64,000 bases of DNA, taken from Marinomonas sp. Lineage in GTDB: Bacteria; Pseudomonadota; Gammaproteobacteria; Pseudomonadales; Marinomonadaceae. The notes under the pieces are model-generated. The model saw only the letters and a list, made by a program, of their open reading frames with translations. It searched no databases and was not told the DNA's origin. The stretch spans positions 330 through 64,329 of the forward strand of contig JBQEFB010000020.1 in the NCBI GenBank assembly GCA_052107635.1, in the 5' to 3' direction. Positions 10,252-22,525 of the stretch are shown here, piece by piece; position 1 is the first letter of the stretch, and every line of letters begins with the position of its first letter. The translations under genes were made by a program, and so were the position numbers.

Positions 10252-11133
10252 ATGACGATCAAAAAAAGAGGCTTAGGTCGCGGCTTAGACGCTTTGTTAG
10301 CTCCACAGGCGACAGCGACTGAATCTAACGACTCTTCTGCCCATGAAGCAATTAAAGGATTAACTTATTTACCGGTTGAATGGCTTTCAAAAGGTAAATT
10401 TCAACCTCGTCGTGATATGAACCCTGCCTTATTAGATGAGCTTGCATCATCTATTCGTACACAAGGTATTATGCAACCGATTGTGGTTCGACCTAACGGT
10501 ACGAATCAATATGAAATCATCGCCGGTGAGCGACGTTGGCGTGCTGCTAAATTGGCTGAGTTAACGCAAGTCCCTGTTATTGTTCGTCATGTTGAAGATT
10601 CTGATGCGGTGGTATTAGCATTAATAGAAAATATACAGCGTGAAGACTTAAACCCAGTCGAAGAGGCTTTGGCCTTACAGCGTTTAGTAGAAGATTTTAA
10701 TTTAACTCAGCAGCAAGTGGCTGATACCGTTGGTAAATCTCGTTCAGCTGTCGCGAATCTTTTGCGTCTATTAGGCTTATCTCCGGAAGTTCGCCGCTTA
10801 TTGGAGCATGGTGATATTGAAATGGGCCATGCCCGTGCATTACTACCATTAGAGCAAGAAAAACAAATTCAAGCTGCATCACAAGTTGTTACTCGATCAT
10901 TATCGGTACGAGAAACCGAACGATTAGTAAAAACACTTCAAGCGTCTGATGTTAATCAAAAAGCAGCGACGCAATTACCTGACTTTAATGCAGAGGCTGA
11001 AAAAATCAGCCAAACGATCAATGCCGCAGTAAAGATACAGCCATCCTCGAAAGGTAAAGGGAAGGTGGTTATTGAATACCGCAACCCTGAGCATTTAGAG
11101 TTGTTAATTAGTGAGCTTTTCACGAAAAAATAA
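10252..11133 (+). CDS. parB: Chromosome partitioning protein ParB/Spo0J
   Basis: ParB box GERRWRAA, LIENIQREDLNP motif, and an HTH region. Confidence 0.92.
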   Translation: MTIKKRGLGRGLDALLAPQATATESNDSSAHEAIKGLTYLPVEWLSKGKFQPRRDMNPALLDELASSIRTQGIMQPIVVRPNGTNQYEIIAGERRWRAAKLAELTQVPVIVRHVEDSDAVVLALIENIQREDLNPVEEALALQRLVEDFNLTQQQVADTVGKSRSAVANLLRLLGLSPEVRRLLEHGDIEMGHARALLPLEQEKQIQAASQVVTRSLSVRETERLVKTLQASDVNQKAATQLPDFNAEAEKISQTINAAVKIQPSSKGKGKVVIEYRNPEHLELLISELFTKK

Positions 11134-11313
11134 AGCAATTCTATGACAAGTTGATTTTTTCACCTAGACAGATGTTAATGAAAGTGTTTTCCGTGGACAG
11201 TTTAAGTTGATCACAGCTGCTAATACTCATATAATGCGTCGGATTTTAGAATTGAAGACAAAATATGCATATTGTTGCTTTATTTTGGTGCATAACGAAA
11301 AGGTATTTAAGTA

Positions 11314-11718
11314 ATGACTGACAGTAAGCCCCTTAGTGCGACTGCTCTGCTTATTGCTAAGAAGCAATCTGTATTTCGTTTTATATTTTTACAGATACTT
11401 TTCGTTGTTATCATTTCTATAGGGATTTATGGTTTTACAAGTAGTTTGCATTGGTACTCTTTTGTATTAGGTGCGTCTTGTAGCATTTTTCCTAGTGTTT
11501 ATATGGCATGGCGAGTTTTTGGTTATAAAGGGACTCGTCCAGCTAAGGATGTCATGAGGGCATTCTACCGAGGGGAAGCTGGTAAATTGGTTTTGACAGC
11601 GGTGTTATTGTCGCTGGTTTTTCTTCTTATCAAGCCCTTAGCAGCAGGCAGTTTTTTTGCCGGTTTTGGTATCGCAATTTTGAGTCATTGGCTCAGCCCT
11701 GTTGTACTGAATAAATAA
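11314..11718 (+). CDS. atpI: ATP synthase protein I
   Basis: 134-aa hydrophobic protein immediately upstream of atpB. Confidence 0.75.
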   Translation: MTDSKPLSATALLIAKKQSVFRFIFLQILFVVIISIGIYGFTSSLHWYSFVLGASCSIFPSVYMAWRVFGYKGTRPAKDVMRAFYRGEAGKLVLTAVLLSLVFLLIKPLAAGSFFAGFGIAILSHWLSPVVLNK

Positions 11719-11748
11719 CAGTATAACAGGTAAGATTTTAATCATTGA

Positions 11749-12615
<867 letters not shown>

Positions 12616-12662
12616 AAGAGTTCTCTAGTTAAACGTTAAAAACCTTAAATTTAAAACTGTAA

Positions 12663-12935
<273 letters not shown>

Positions 12936-12992
12936 GATTCTGCGAAACTTTGCAGAAACTATTTTTAAACGACTTAGAGCGAGGATATTAGC

Positions 12993-13463
12993 GTGAACTT
13001 AAATCTCACACTTGTAGGCCAAGCTATCTCGTTTGCCATTTTTGTCTGGTTCTGCATGAAATACGTGTGGCCACCAGTAATTGCTGCGCTTGATGAGCGT
13101 AGCAAAAAAATTGCAGACGGTTTGGAAGCAGCGAACCGCGCTTCACGTGATCTAGAGTTAGCACAAGAACAAGCTGCTCAAACATTACGTGAAAGCAAGG
13201 ACAACGCGGCCGAGATTATTGAACAAGCCAACAAACGTGCGAACCAAATGATCGACGAGGCGAAAGAGCAGGTAATTGCCGATGGCAAGCGTCTGCGCGA
13301 AGCGGCTCAAGTAGAAATAGAACAAGATGTTGTGCGTGCTAAAGAAGCATTGCGTGCTCAAGTTTCTGTTCTTGCTTTTGCCGGCGCTGAGAAAATTTTG
13401 GGTGCCACTATTGACGAAAAAGCACATAGCGAGATCGTTGAACAACTCGCAAAAGAGCTTTAA
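12993..13463 (+). CDS. atpF: F0F1 ATP synthase subunit b
   Basis: 156 aa with one N-terminal TM segment and a long charged helix. GTG start preceded by GAGGA. Confidence 0.92.
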   Translation: MNLNLTLVGQAISFAIFVWFCMKYVWPPVIAALDERSKKIADGLEAANRASRDLELAQEQAAQTLRESKDNAAEIIEQANKRANQMIDEAKEQVIADGKRLREAAQVEIEQDVVRAKEALRAQVSVLAFAGAEKILGATIDEKAHSEIVEQLAKEL

Positions 13464-13474
13464 GCGAGGGTCTA

Positions 13475-14011
13475 ATGGCTGAATTAAAAACAGTCGCGCG
13501 ACCGTACGCTAAAGCGGCTTTTGAAGTAGCTCGCGAGCAAGGTCATGTTTCAGAATGGGCTGATATGTTAAATGTATTAGCGTCTGTTACCTCTGAACCT
13601 AAGCTCAAAGTAGCGCTTCAAAATCCGGCTTTTAGTGCGGAAGAGAAGGCAAACGCTCTAGCGGAAGTTTGTGCCGAAGTAACGACAGAACAAGGTAAAG
13701 CATTTTTGCTTAACCTTGCAGAGAATAAGCGATTGACGCTATTGCCTGCTATTTCAGCGTTATTTCAACAGTTCAAATTGAATTTCGAAAAAGCGGTAGA
13801 TGTTAAATTTACTTCAGCATTCGAATTATCAGCTGAACAAGCACAAGTATTAGCCGCTTCATTGGCGAAAAAGTTAGATCGTACGGTCAACTTAACCAAT
13901 GAAACAGACGCGAGCCTAATTGGTGGCGTGGTTATCCGTACCGGTGACTTAATCATCGACGGTTCAGTACGCGGTAAATTAGCGAAACTGGCCGAGGCGA
14001 TAAACTCCTAG
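13475..14011 (+). CDS. atpH: F0F1 ATP synthase subunit delta
   Basis: 178 aa. ARPYAKAAF N-terminus. Position in the operon. Confidence 0.92.
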   Translation: MAELKTVARPYAKAAFEVAREQGHVSEWADMLNVLASVTSEPKLKVALQNPAFSAEEKANALAEVCAEVTTEQGKAFLLNLAENKRLTLLPAISALFQQFKLNFEKAVDVKFTSAFELSAEQAQVLAASLAKKLDRTVNLTNETDASLIGGVVIRTGDLIIDGSVRGKLAKLAEAINS

Positions 14012-14049
14012 TATTTCGTTAAATCGAAAACAGGGTTGAGGAATTTAGC

Positions 14050-15594
14050 ATGCAGCAACTGAATCCATCTGAGATCAGCGAGATTATCAAGAAGCGCATC
14101 GAGAACCTTGATGTTTCTTCTGATGCCCAGAATGAGGGCACAATTGTCAGCGTGGCAGACGGTATCGTTCTGATCCACGGTTTGGCAGACGTAATGTACG
14201 GGGAAATGATTGAATTCCCTGGTGGTATTTTTGGTATGGCTTTGAACCTAGAGCGTGACTCTGTAGGTGCAGTTGTACTGGGTCAATACCAAGATCTTGT
14301 AGAAGGTCAAAAAGTTAAATGTACAGGTCGTATTCTGGAAGTTCCAGTAGGTCCTGAACTATTAGGTCGAGTTGTTGACGCATTGGGTCACCCAATTGAC
14401 GGCAAAGGCGCGATCGATACAAAATTGACAGATAAAGTTGAAAAAGTGGCTCCGGGTGTTATCGCTCGTCAGTCAGTAGATCAACCTATCCAAACTGGTT
14501 ACAAGGCAATCGATGCCATGGTTCCAGTTGGTCGTGGACAACGTGAGTTGATCATCGGCGACCGTCAGATTGGTAAAACCGCTTTGGCTATTGACACTAT
14601 CATCGCTCAGAAAGACAGCGGTATTAAGTGTGTATACGTAGCGATCGGTCAGAAGCAATCAACTATTGCTAACGTTGTACGTAAGCTTGAAGAAGCTGGC
14701 GCAATGGAATACACAACTGTTGTCGCAGCAGGCGCATCTGATCCAGCAGCAATGCTTTATCTTGCTCCATACACTGGCTGTACAATGGGTGAATACTTCC
14801 GTGACCGCGGTGAAGACGCATTGATCGTATATGATGATTTGACTAAACAAGCTTGGGCTTACCGTCAAATTTCATTGCTACTTCGTCGTCCGCCAGGTCG
14901 TGAAGCGTACCCTGGTGATGTGTTCTATCTTCATTCTCGTCTTCTAGAACGTGCATCACGTGTAAGCGTTGAGTACGTTGAGAAATTCACCAATGGTGAA
15001 GTGAAAGGCAAAACAGGTTCTTTGACCGCATTGCCAATCATCGAGACTCAAGGTGGTGATGTATCAGCTTTCGTACCAACGAACGTTATTTCCATCACAG
15101 ATGGTCAGATCTTCCTTGAAGCGAGTGCATTCAACGCGGGTATTCGCCCAGCAATGAACGCAGGTATCTCTGTTTCTCGTGTAGGTGGTGCAGCGCAAAC
15201 TAAGATTGTTAAGAAACTAGGCGGTGGTATTCGTCTAGCCTTGGCTCAGTACCGTGAATTGGCGGCATTCGCTCAGTTCGCATCTGACTTAGATGAAGCG
15301 ACACGCAAACAGTTAGAACATGGTAAACAGGTTACAGAACTGATGAAACAGAAGCAGTTCTCACCTATGCCAGTAGCGGATATGGGTATTGTCCTTTACG
15401 CTGCTAATGATGGCTACCTTGTAGATGTTGAAACAAGCAAGATTGGCAGTTTTGAAAGTTCACTAATCAGCTACATGAACAGCGAACACGCTGATCTTAT
15501 GGCTGATATTAACAAAACTGGTAATTTTAACGGCGAGATTGAAGCGACATTTAAAGCGGCAATCGAGAAGTTTAAAGCGACACAAACTTGGTAA
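14050..15594 (+). CDS. atpA: F0F1 ATP synthase subunit alpha
   Basis: 514 aa. Walker A GDRQIGKT. Confidence 0.97.
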   Translation: MQQLNPSEISEIIKKRIENLDVSSDAQNEGTIVSVADGIVLIHGLADVMYGEMIEFPGGIFGMALNLERDSVGAVVLGQYQDLVEGQKVKCTGRILEVPVGPELLGRVVDALGHPIDGKGAIDTKLTDKVEKVAPGVIARQSVDQPIQTGYKAIDAMVPVGRGQRELIIGDRQIGKTALAIDTIIAQKDSGIKCVYVAIGQKQSTIANVVRKLEEAGAMEYTTVVAAGASDPAAMLYLAPYTGCTMGEYFRDRGEDALIVYDDLTKQAWAYRQISLLLRRPPGREAYPGDVFYLHSRLLERASRVSVEYVEKFTNGEVKGKTGSLTALPIIETQGGDVSAFVPTNVISITDGQIFLEASAFNAGIRPAMNAGISVSRVGGAAQTKIVKKLGGGIRLALAQYRELAAFAQFASDLDEATRKQLEHGKQVTELMKQKQFSPMPVADMGIVLYAANDGYLVDVETSKIGSFESSLISYMNSEHADLMADINKTGNFNGEIEATFKAAIEKFKATQTW

Positions 15595-15682
15595 TGAGCT
15601 TGGTGATAGGCTGCTAAGGCAGTATATCACCAGTCTTTCTTTGCAGTTTGTGAAATAACATTCTCACAAGGGCAGTTCTATT

Positions 15683-16543
15683 ATGGCAGTCGGAAAAGAG
15701 ATACGTACTCAGATTTCGAGCATTAACAATACGCGTAAAATTACTCGTGCTATGGAAAAAGTAGCAGCAAGTAAAACGCGTAAAGCTCAGGATCGTATGG
15801 CCGCTTCTCGTCCGTATGCGGAACGAATTCGCCAAGTAGTTGGTCATTTGGCCAACGCGAATCCTGAGTATAAACACCGTTACCTTACCGAGCGTGAGGC
15901 GAAGCGTGTTGGTTATATCGTAATCTCTTCTGATCGTGGTTTATGTGGTGGTTTGAACTTTAATGTTTTTAAAGCCGCTCTGAAAGGAATGAAGCAGCAA
16001 GCTGAAGCCGGTGTCGAAATTGACATCTGTGCTATCGGTGGTAAAGCCGTAACATTCTTTAAAAACTACGGCGGAAACGTAACAGCAGCGTTCACAGGTT
16101 TAGGTGATGCACCTAAGGCTGACGATTTAGTCGGTAGTGTGAAGGTAATGCTTGATGCATTTGATGAAGGTCGCATTGATCGTCTTTACGTGGTTTCTAA
16201 TGAGTTCGTTAATACAATGACTCAAACACCTAAAGTCGAGCAGCTTTTGCCATTGCAAGCGGAAGAGAATACAGAGTTAAAGCACCACTGGGATTACATT
16301 TATGAGCCAGAAGCCGTTGAAATTCTAAACGAGTTATTGGTTCGCTATATTGAATCTCAAGTATATCAATCTGTCGTTGAAAACATTGCGTGTGAACAGG
16401 CTGCTCGTATGATCGCCATGAAAAACGCAACCGACAACGCAGGTGATATCATTGATGAATTGCAGTTGGTGTACAACAAGGCTCGTCAAGCAGCAATTAC
16501 TCAGGAAATTTCTGAGATAGTTAGCGGCGCGGCAGCGGTTTAA
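15683..16543 (+). CDS. atpG: F0F1 ATP synthase subunit gamma
   Basis: 286 aa. The I..I.NT.KIT.AM N-terminal pattern (here [20 protein letters not shown]) and the [18 protein letters not shown]-terminus. Confidence 0.95.
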   Translation: MAVGKEIRTQISSINNTRKITRAMEKVAASKTRKAQDRMAASRPYAERIRQVVGHLANANPEYKHRYLTEREAKRVGYIVISSDRGLCGGLNFNVFKAALKGMKQQAEAGVEIDICAIGGKAVTFFKNYGGNVTAAFTGLGDAPKADDLVGSVKVMLDAFDEGRIDRLYVVSNEFVNTMTQTPKVEQLLPLQAEENTELKHHWDYIYEPEAVEILNELLVRYIESQVYQSVVENIACEQAARMIAMKNATDNAGDIIDELQLVYNKARQAAITQEISEIVSGAAAV

Positions 16544-16559
16544 GGTATTTAGGTATTAA

Positions 16560-17948
<1,389 letters not shown>

Positions 17949-18009
17949 CCATCACGCGAAGTAAGAGCGCTTAGGTGCTCTTACTAAGCCTGACTAAGAG
18001 AGGCAACTT

Positions 18010-18426
18010 ATGGCTATCACAGTACACTGCGATATCGTAAGCGCTGAACAAGAGATCTTTAGCGGAGTCGTTAAATCTCTTGTGGCTGCAGGTGATTATG
18101 GCGATCTAGGTATTATGCCTGGTCATGCGCCATTATTGACAACTCTGCAACCAGGTCCTGTTCGTGTGGTTAAAGAAAATGGTGATGAAGAGATTATCTT
18201 CGTGTCCGGTGGCTTCCTAGAAGTTCAACCGCACCGTGTCACTGTCTTGGCCAACACGGCCATTCGTGCAAGAGATCTTGACGAAGAGGCGGCATTAAAA
18301 GCTCAGAAACATGCACAAGAGCTTTTAACCAACCAAAAGCCTGATGTTGACTATTCTCGTGCGACAGCGGAATTGGCAGAAGCCATGGCTCGCTTACGTA
18401 CAATCCAGCAGTTCCGCCATCAATAA
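18010..18426 (+). CDS. atpC: F0F1 ATP synthase subunit epsilon
   Basis: 138 aa. Last gene of the operon. [11 protein letters not shown] motif. Confidence 0.93.
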   Translation: MAITVHCDIVSAEQEIFSGVVKSLVAAGDYGDLGIMPGHAPLLTTLQPGPVRVVKENGDEEIIFVSGGFLEVQPHRVTVLANTAIRARDLDEEAALKAQKHAQELLTNQKPDVDYSRATAELAEAMARLRTIQQFRHQ

Positions 18427-18454
18427 GCGAAACGCTAGAGTTGAACAGTCTAAA

Positions 18455-18479
18455 AAGCAGCCCTCGGGCTGCTTTTTTT
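18455..18479 (+). terminator. Rho-independent terminator of the atp operon
   Basis: AAGCAGCC-CTCG-GGCTGCTTTTTTT. Confidence 0.85.
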
Positions 18480-18513
18480 ATGCGGGTGTGAAACGAGCGA
18501 GACAAGTACAGAG

Positions 18514-19254
18514 TTAAAGCATTTTCCACAGAGTATCGAAGATAATCTGCTGAGCGCTGGCGATGTCTTTTGACTCTAGTACCACTGCCGAAGGGAAGTT
18601 GTTGCTCGCTAGAGAAATAATCGCACATTTAGGTGGGTAGATCGCGATATAGCTGGCGTCTACTGGGCCTTCTGTTTTGATCCATTTACGTTCTGATAGA
18701 CCGGCTTCTTCGCCACCTTCTCCCAATGCGATGACTTTTACGTTGATGCCCAGCTTGATTCGTTGTTTGGTGTAGTTCGGAAACGGACGATACAGATACG
18801 GACGAATTGGTTTCGACGAAAACACACAATATTCTTTATGGTCTTGTTGCGAGACGACGTTTAGAATATCGCGCAAAACCCATTCGATACCATCATCGCC
18901 CTCATAATAGCGTACATCAGTATGATGATAGTCTGGCTGCTGCTGGCTTAAGTTTGGAATGATAGTGCTTTTAAGTGATTCGATGGTTTTTTCTAATTGA
19001 AGGCGTTTATCTTCTGCTAGGCTGAGCAAAATATCTGGGTTTTCCGCCATAAAAAAGCGTCGCTTTCCTTTCGGAAAATAGCTGATAACCCCTTTGCTTT
19101 GTAGTTGTTTGAGGGCTTCATAGGCCGTACCGCGATTAATACCGCTGTGCTCAGCGATGTCTCGAATCGAAGAAGGTCCTAGCTTTAATAGTGTTTGGTA
19201 AAGCTGAGTTTCTCTTGATGAGAGACCGAGTTGTTCAAAAGCATGTTGGATCAT
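18514..19254 (-). CDS. TrmB-family (winged-helix) transcriptional regulator
   Basis: N-terminus LGLSSRETQLYQTLLKLGPSSIRDIAEHSGINRGTAYEALKQLQSKGVI is a TrmB-type HTH. Start ambiguous: ATG 19254 chosen, while in-frame ATGs at 19326 and 19338 would add up to 28 aa. No clear SD at any of them. Confidence 0.6.
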   Translation of the reverse strand: MIQHAFEQLGLSSRETQLYQTLLKLGPSSIRDIAEHSGINRGTAYEALKQLQSKGVISYFPKGKRRFFMAENPDILLSLAEDKRLQLEKTIESLKSTIIPNLSQQQPDYHHTDVRYYEGDDGIEWVLRDILNVVSQQDHKEYCVFSSKPIRPYLYRPFPNYTKQRIKLGINVKVIALGEGGEEAGLSERKWIKTEGPVDASYIAIYPPKCAIISLASNNFPSAVVLESKDIASAQQIIFDTLWKML

Positions 19255-19386
19255 AAGGTTCACAAAATATCGAATATCAATAGTAATGTGCAGAATACTC
19301 GCCAGTTTATGTTGATGTAAAGGCATGTAATAAGACATTTAATAAGTGATTATGCGTAAAACGAAGCGTTTTGCGAGGAGTAAAAA

Positions 19387-20166
19387 GTGACAGACGAACA
19401 ACGATTTGGCGGAATTCGCCGTTTATATGGCGATGCGGCTTACCACGCTTTTTCCCAAGCGCATGTTTGCGTGGTGGGAATCGGAGGCGTTGGATCGTGG
19501 GCTGCGGAAGCACTAGCGCGATCAGGAGTTGGCAAAATCACTTTGATTGATATGGATGATATTTGCATCACTAACATCAATCGACAGATTCATGCCTTAG
19601 ATGGCAATATTGGTAAAGCAAAAGTAGATGTTATGGCGCAGCGAATAACATTGATTAATCCAGATTGTGATATCTCAGTTATAGAAGACTTTGTTACCCC
19701 TGAAAACCTTTCTGAGCTGCTTGCAGAGCAATTTGATTACATTATTGACTGTGTTGATAGTATTAAGCCAAAGGCAGCTCTGGTAGCGTGGTGTAAGCGT
19801 AATAACCGTCGTGTAATAACGATTGGTGGTGCAGGCGGCCAAACCGATCCTACTAAAATTCAGACGGGCGATTTAGCCAAAACAGTAGGTGACCCATTGG
19901 CTGCGAATTTACGCAATTTCTTACGTCGCTATTATAATTTTAGTCGTAATGTTAAGCGTCGGTTTGATATTGAGTGTGTCTATTCGATTGAGCAGTTAAA
20001 TTATCCTCAAGGAGATGGCACAGTATCGAAGCAACGGTTAAAAGGAGGTACAGATACTAAAATGGGCTGTGATACCGGTTTTGGTGCCAGCACAGCGGTT
20101 ACGGCAACGTTTGGTTTTGTAGCAGTATCCAAAGTATTAGAAAAATTAGCGAAAGCGAGCGAATAA
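19387..20166 (+). CDS. tcdA: tRNA threonylcarbamoyladenosine dehydratase TcdA (CsdL/YgdL; ThiF/MoeB-like E1 fold)
   Basis: RFGGIRRLYG...VCVVGIGGVGSWAAEALARSGVG..TLIDMDDICITNINRQ matches YgdL. GTG start 6 nt after GAGGAG. csdA and csdE lie nearby. Confidence 0.85.
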   Translation: MTDEQRFGGIRRLYGDAAYHAFSQAHVCVVGIGGVGSWAAEALARSGVGKITLIDMDDICITNINRQIHALDGNIGKAKVDVMAQRITLINPDCDISVIEDFVTPENLSELLAEQFDYIIDCVDSIKPKAALVAWCKRNNRRVITIGGAGGQTDPTKIQTGDLAKTVGDPLAANLRNFLRRYYNFSRNVKRRFDIECVYSIEQLNYPQGDGTVSKQRLKGGTDTKMGCDTGFGASTAVTATFGFVAVSKVLEKLAKASE

Positions 20167-20219
20167 ATGCCCCGTGATCGGTGTTAAGTTAATCTATTCA
20201 TTAATAAAGAGAGCTTCTT

Positions 20220-20675
20220 ATGAGTTTGTCAGAATCAACAGAACACACCGTTATTTATGGTGAAAAAGGTGCGGAGTTCTCATTTCGGATTATTCGTTAT
20301 GCGCTAATTTCTTGTCTTCCTTTATTAGCCCTTTGTGTTTATGTAAATAACTACTTCATTATCGTGCCAATCTTATTACTGATTGGCTCTCGTTACATGA
20401 CAGCAAAGTACTGGAAAAGCACCCCTTACGTGGTGTTCAAAAACGAATTGTTTGAAGTGAAACCGTCAAAAGTCACCGTATTAAAAGCCATTCGCTACCA
20501 AGACGTAGTGAGCATTCAAGAGCATAAACGTGCTTGGTCTGTGGACTACACGGTAAACGGCAAAGAAAAACAGGTGGTGATCGTGAAGTTTTGGCTAACG
20601 GCTGAAGGTGAAAAAGCAATTCAAGCTGAGTTTGAGCGTCATATGCTGGCACAGATTACGTCGTTTCAACCTTAA
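20220..20675 (+). CDS. Hypothetical membrane protein (two predicted TM helices plus a cytoplasmic domain of about 85 aa)
   Basis: 151-aa ORF with an AGAGAG SD. Hydrophobic stretch YALISCLPLLALCVYVNNYFIIVPILLLIG. No family recognised. Confidence 0.5.
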   Translation: MSLSESTEHTVIYGEKGAEFSFRIIRYALISCLPLLALCVYVNNYFIIVPILLLIGSRYMTAKYWKSTPYVVFKNELFEVKPSKVTVLKAIRYQDVVSIQEHKRAWSVDYTVNGKEKQVVIVKFWLTAEGEKAIQAEFERHMLAQITSFQP

Positions 20676-20694
20676 TAAAAGGCGCTTGGCTATT

Positions 20695-21090
20695 TTAGTT
20701 TTGCAGTCGCTTTAAAATAGCCAATACGCCGTTAGTACGTGAGCTAGTGAGATAGCTGGAGAGGTTCAGCTCGGCTAACTCAGCTTTTAAGTCTGTTTCT
20801 TGTATGGCTTGCTGCGTTTTTCCGCTCACCAGGCTGATGACCGCGACGAGCACACCACGCATTAGCTTGGCGTCGCTGTCGGCTCTGAAATAGCGACGTC
20901 CAGCGTCTTCTTCTACGATTAGCCAGACTGCGCTTTCACAGCCTTTGATTTTATTGTCTTCTGTTTTCTCTTCACCTGATAAGCGCGGCAATGCCTTACT
21001 CAAGGTAACCAATGTTTTAAACGTTTCTTCTTTACTGCGACAGGCTTGCAGTTGTTGTTTAACTGTATGTGGTGTCAGAAAATCAGTCAT
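20695..21090 (-). CDS. csdE: SufE-family sulfur acceptor protein CsdE
   Basis: SufE motif around the conserved Cys (IKGCESAVWL). ATG 21090 sits inside GATGACTGA, which overlaps the csdA stop. Confidence 0.8.
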   Translation of the reverse strand: MTDFLTPHTVKQQLQACRSKEETFKTLVTLSKALPRLSGEEKTEDNKIKGCESAVWLIVEEDAGRRYFRADSDAKLMRGVLVAVISLVSGKTQQAIQETDLKAELAELNLSSYLTSSRTNGVLAILKRLQN

Positions 21091-22300
21091 CACCTAATAT
21101 CTCAATAGCTTCTAATAAAACATCGCAGAATCGATCGGCTTCTTCTAGGGTATTATAGCAGGCAAAAGAGGCTCTTAAGGTTCCACTGACGCCCAGTTGT
21201 GACATCAGAGGATGGGCGCAATGACTACCAGCTCGAACGGCAACACCTTTGCTGTCAAGGTAGGCATTTAAATCGATGGTATGAATATTGGGTACACTGA
21301 GCGAGACCAGCGTCGTGTTGGTTTCAGGAGAATAGAGCTCTATACCACCTTCTTTCATGAGACGAACATAGACGTGATTTGCTAATTTTTGTTCCCAGTC
21401 TAACAATGCGGATCTATCTTGCTGGGTGAGAAAATCACAGGCTGCAGCAAGACCAATGGCGCCTTCTATATGGGGTGTACCTGCTTCTAGTCGATAGGGT
21501 AAGATATTGAATTCAGTGGCGTGATACGCCACATGACGCACCATTTCTCCACCCGTTTGATAAGGGATCAATACCTCTAAAGCATGACTTTTACCATATA
21601 AAATGCCAATGCCAGTAGGCCCATACATTTTGTGTCCTGAAAATACGTAAAAATCGCAATCCAAATCTTCTACATCAATCTGATAATGCGCCACGGCTTG
21701 TGCACCATCCACCAAGGTAAACGCACTGTACTTCTTAGCTTCTTGGATCATGGTTTTTAATGGCGTGCTTACGCCGATGGCATTAGAAACCTGAGTTGCT
21801 GCAAAGATACGAGTTCTATCAGTAAAGTATTTTTGGTATTCGTATTCCCATTCACCGCTAGAGGTTAAGGGTAGTATTCGTAAGCGTGCCCCAGTTCGAA
21901 AAGCCAGCTGCTGCCATGGTACAAGATTAGCGTGATGCTCTAAGCTAGTGATGAGGATTTCATCACCTTCTTGTAATAGGTGCTCTAATCCATATGCCAC
22001 CATATTTATGGCTTCTGTTGTCCCTTTACTCCAGATAACGTGACTCTGCTCTGGTGCGTTGATAAAGCGTTCAATGCGTTGTCTAGCCTGCTCAAATTGA
22101 TTAGTAGCTCGATCGCTTAGTAAATGCGCGCCACGATGGACATTTGCATTTGCTGTACGATAGTAATTTTGTATTGCATCCAGCACCATCAGAGGCTTTT
22201 GTGTTGTCGCCGCATTGTCTAAATACGTGAGCGGATAGCCATACGCATCTTGTTGCAAAATAGGAAACTGATCTCGTAGAGAATAAGAGTTAAAAACCAT
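21083..22300 (-). CDS. csdA: Cysteine desulfurase, group II (CsdA/SufS type)
   Basis: PLP-Lys motif SGHKMYGPTGIG and catalytic Cys loop RAGSHCAHPL. Start placed at ATG 22300 (MVFNSYSLRDQFPIL). The longer ORF-track N-terminus is not conserved-looking. Confidence 0.85.
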   Translation of the reverse strand: MVFNSYSLRDQFPILQQDAYGYPLTYLDNAATTQKPLMVLDAIQNYYRTANANVHRGAHLLSDRATNQFEQARQRIERFINAPEQSHVIWSKGTTEAINMVAYGLEHLLQEGDEILITSLEHHANLVPWQQLAFRTGARLRILPLTSSGEWEYEYQKYFTDRTRIFAATQVSNAIGVSTPLKTMIQEAKKYSAFTLVDGAQAVAHYQIDVEDLDCDFYVFSGHKMYGPTGIGILYGKSHALEVLIPYQTGGEMVRHVAYHATEFNILPYRLEAGTPHIEGAIGLAAACDFLTQQDRSALLDWEQKLANHVYVRLMKEGGIELYSPETNTTLVSLSVPNIHTIDLNAYLDSKGVAVRAGSHCAHPLMSQLGVSGTLRASFACYNTLEEADRFCDVLLEAIEILGDD

Positions 22301-22525
22301 AGATAGTCTACTTATTGTGTTACTCGTTAGCTTAAGTGGGCGGTTTCTGCATATGGCAGAGTAATATGGCTGTCTAAAAAACAACCTATATTTGTCTGAA
22401 AATAATGAAATTGTACCTTAACTCCTCAAACTAATTCGCAATTATTAGTATTTCACTTGCCTTTTTTGATAACCGTCTTACTCTTTGATTACAGATAATC
22501 GATGACAAACTAAAAAAGGTACAAA

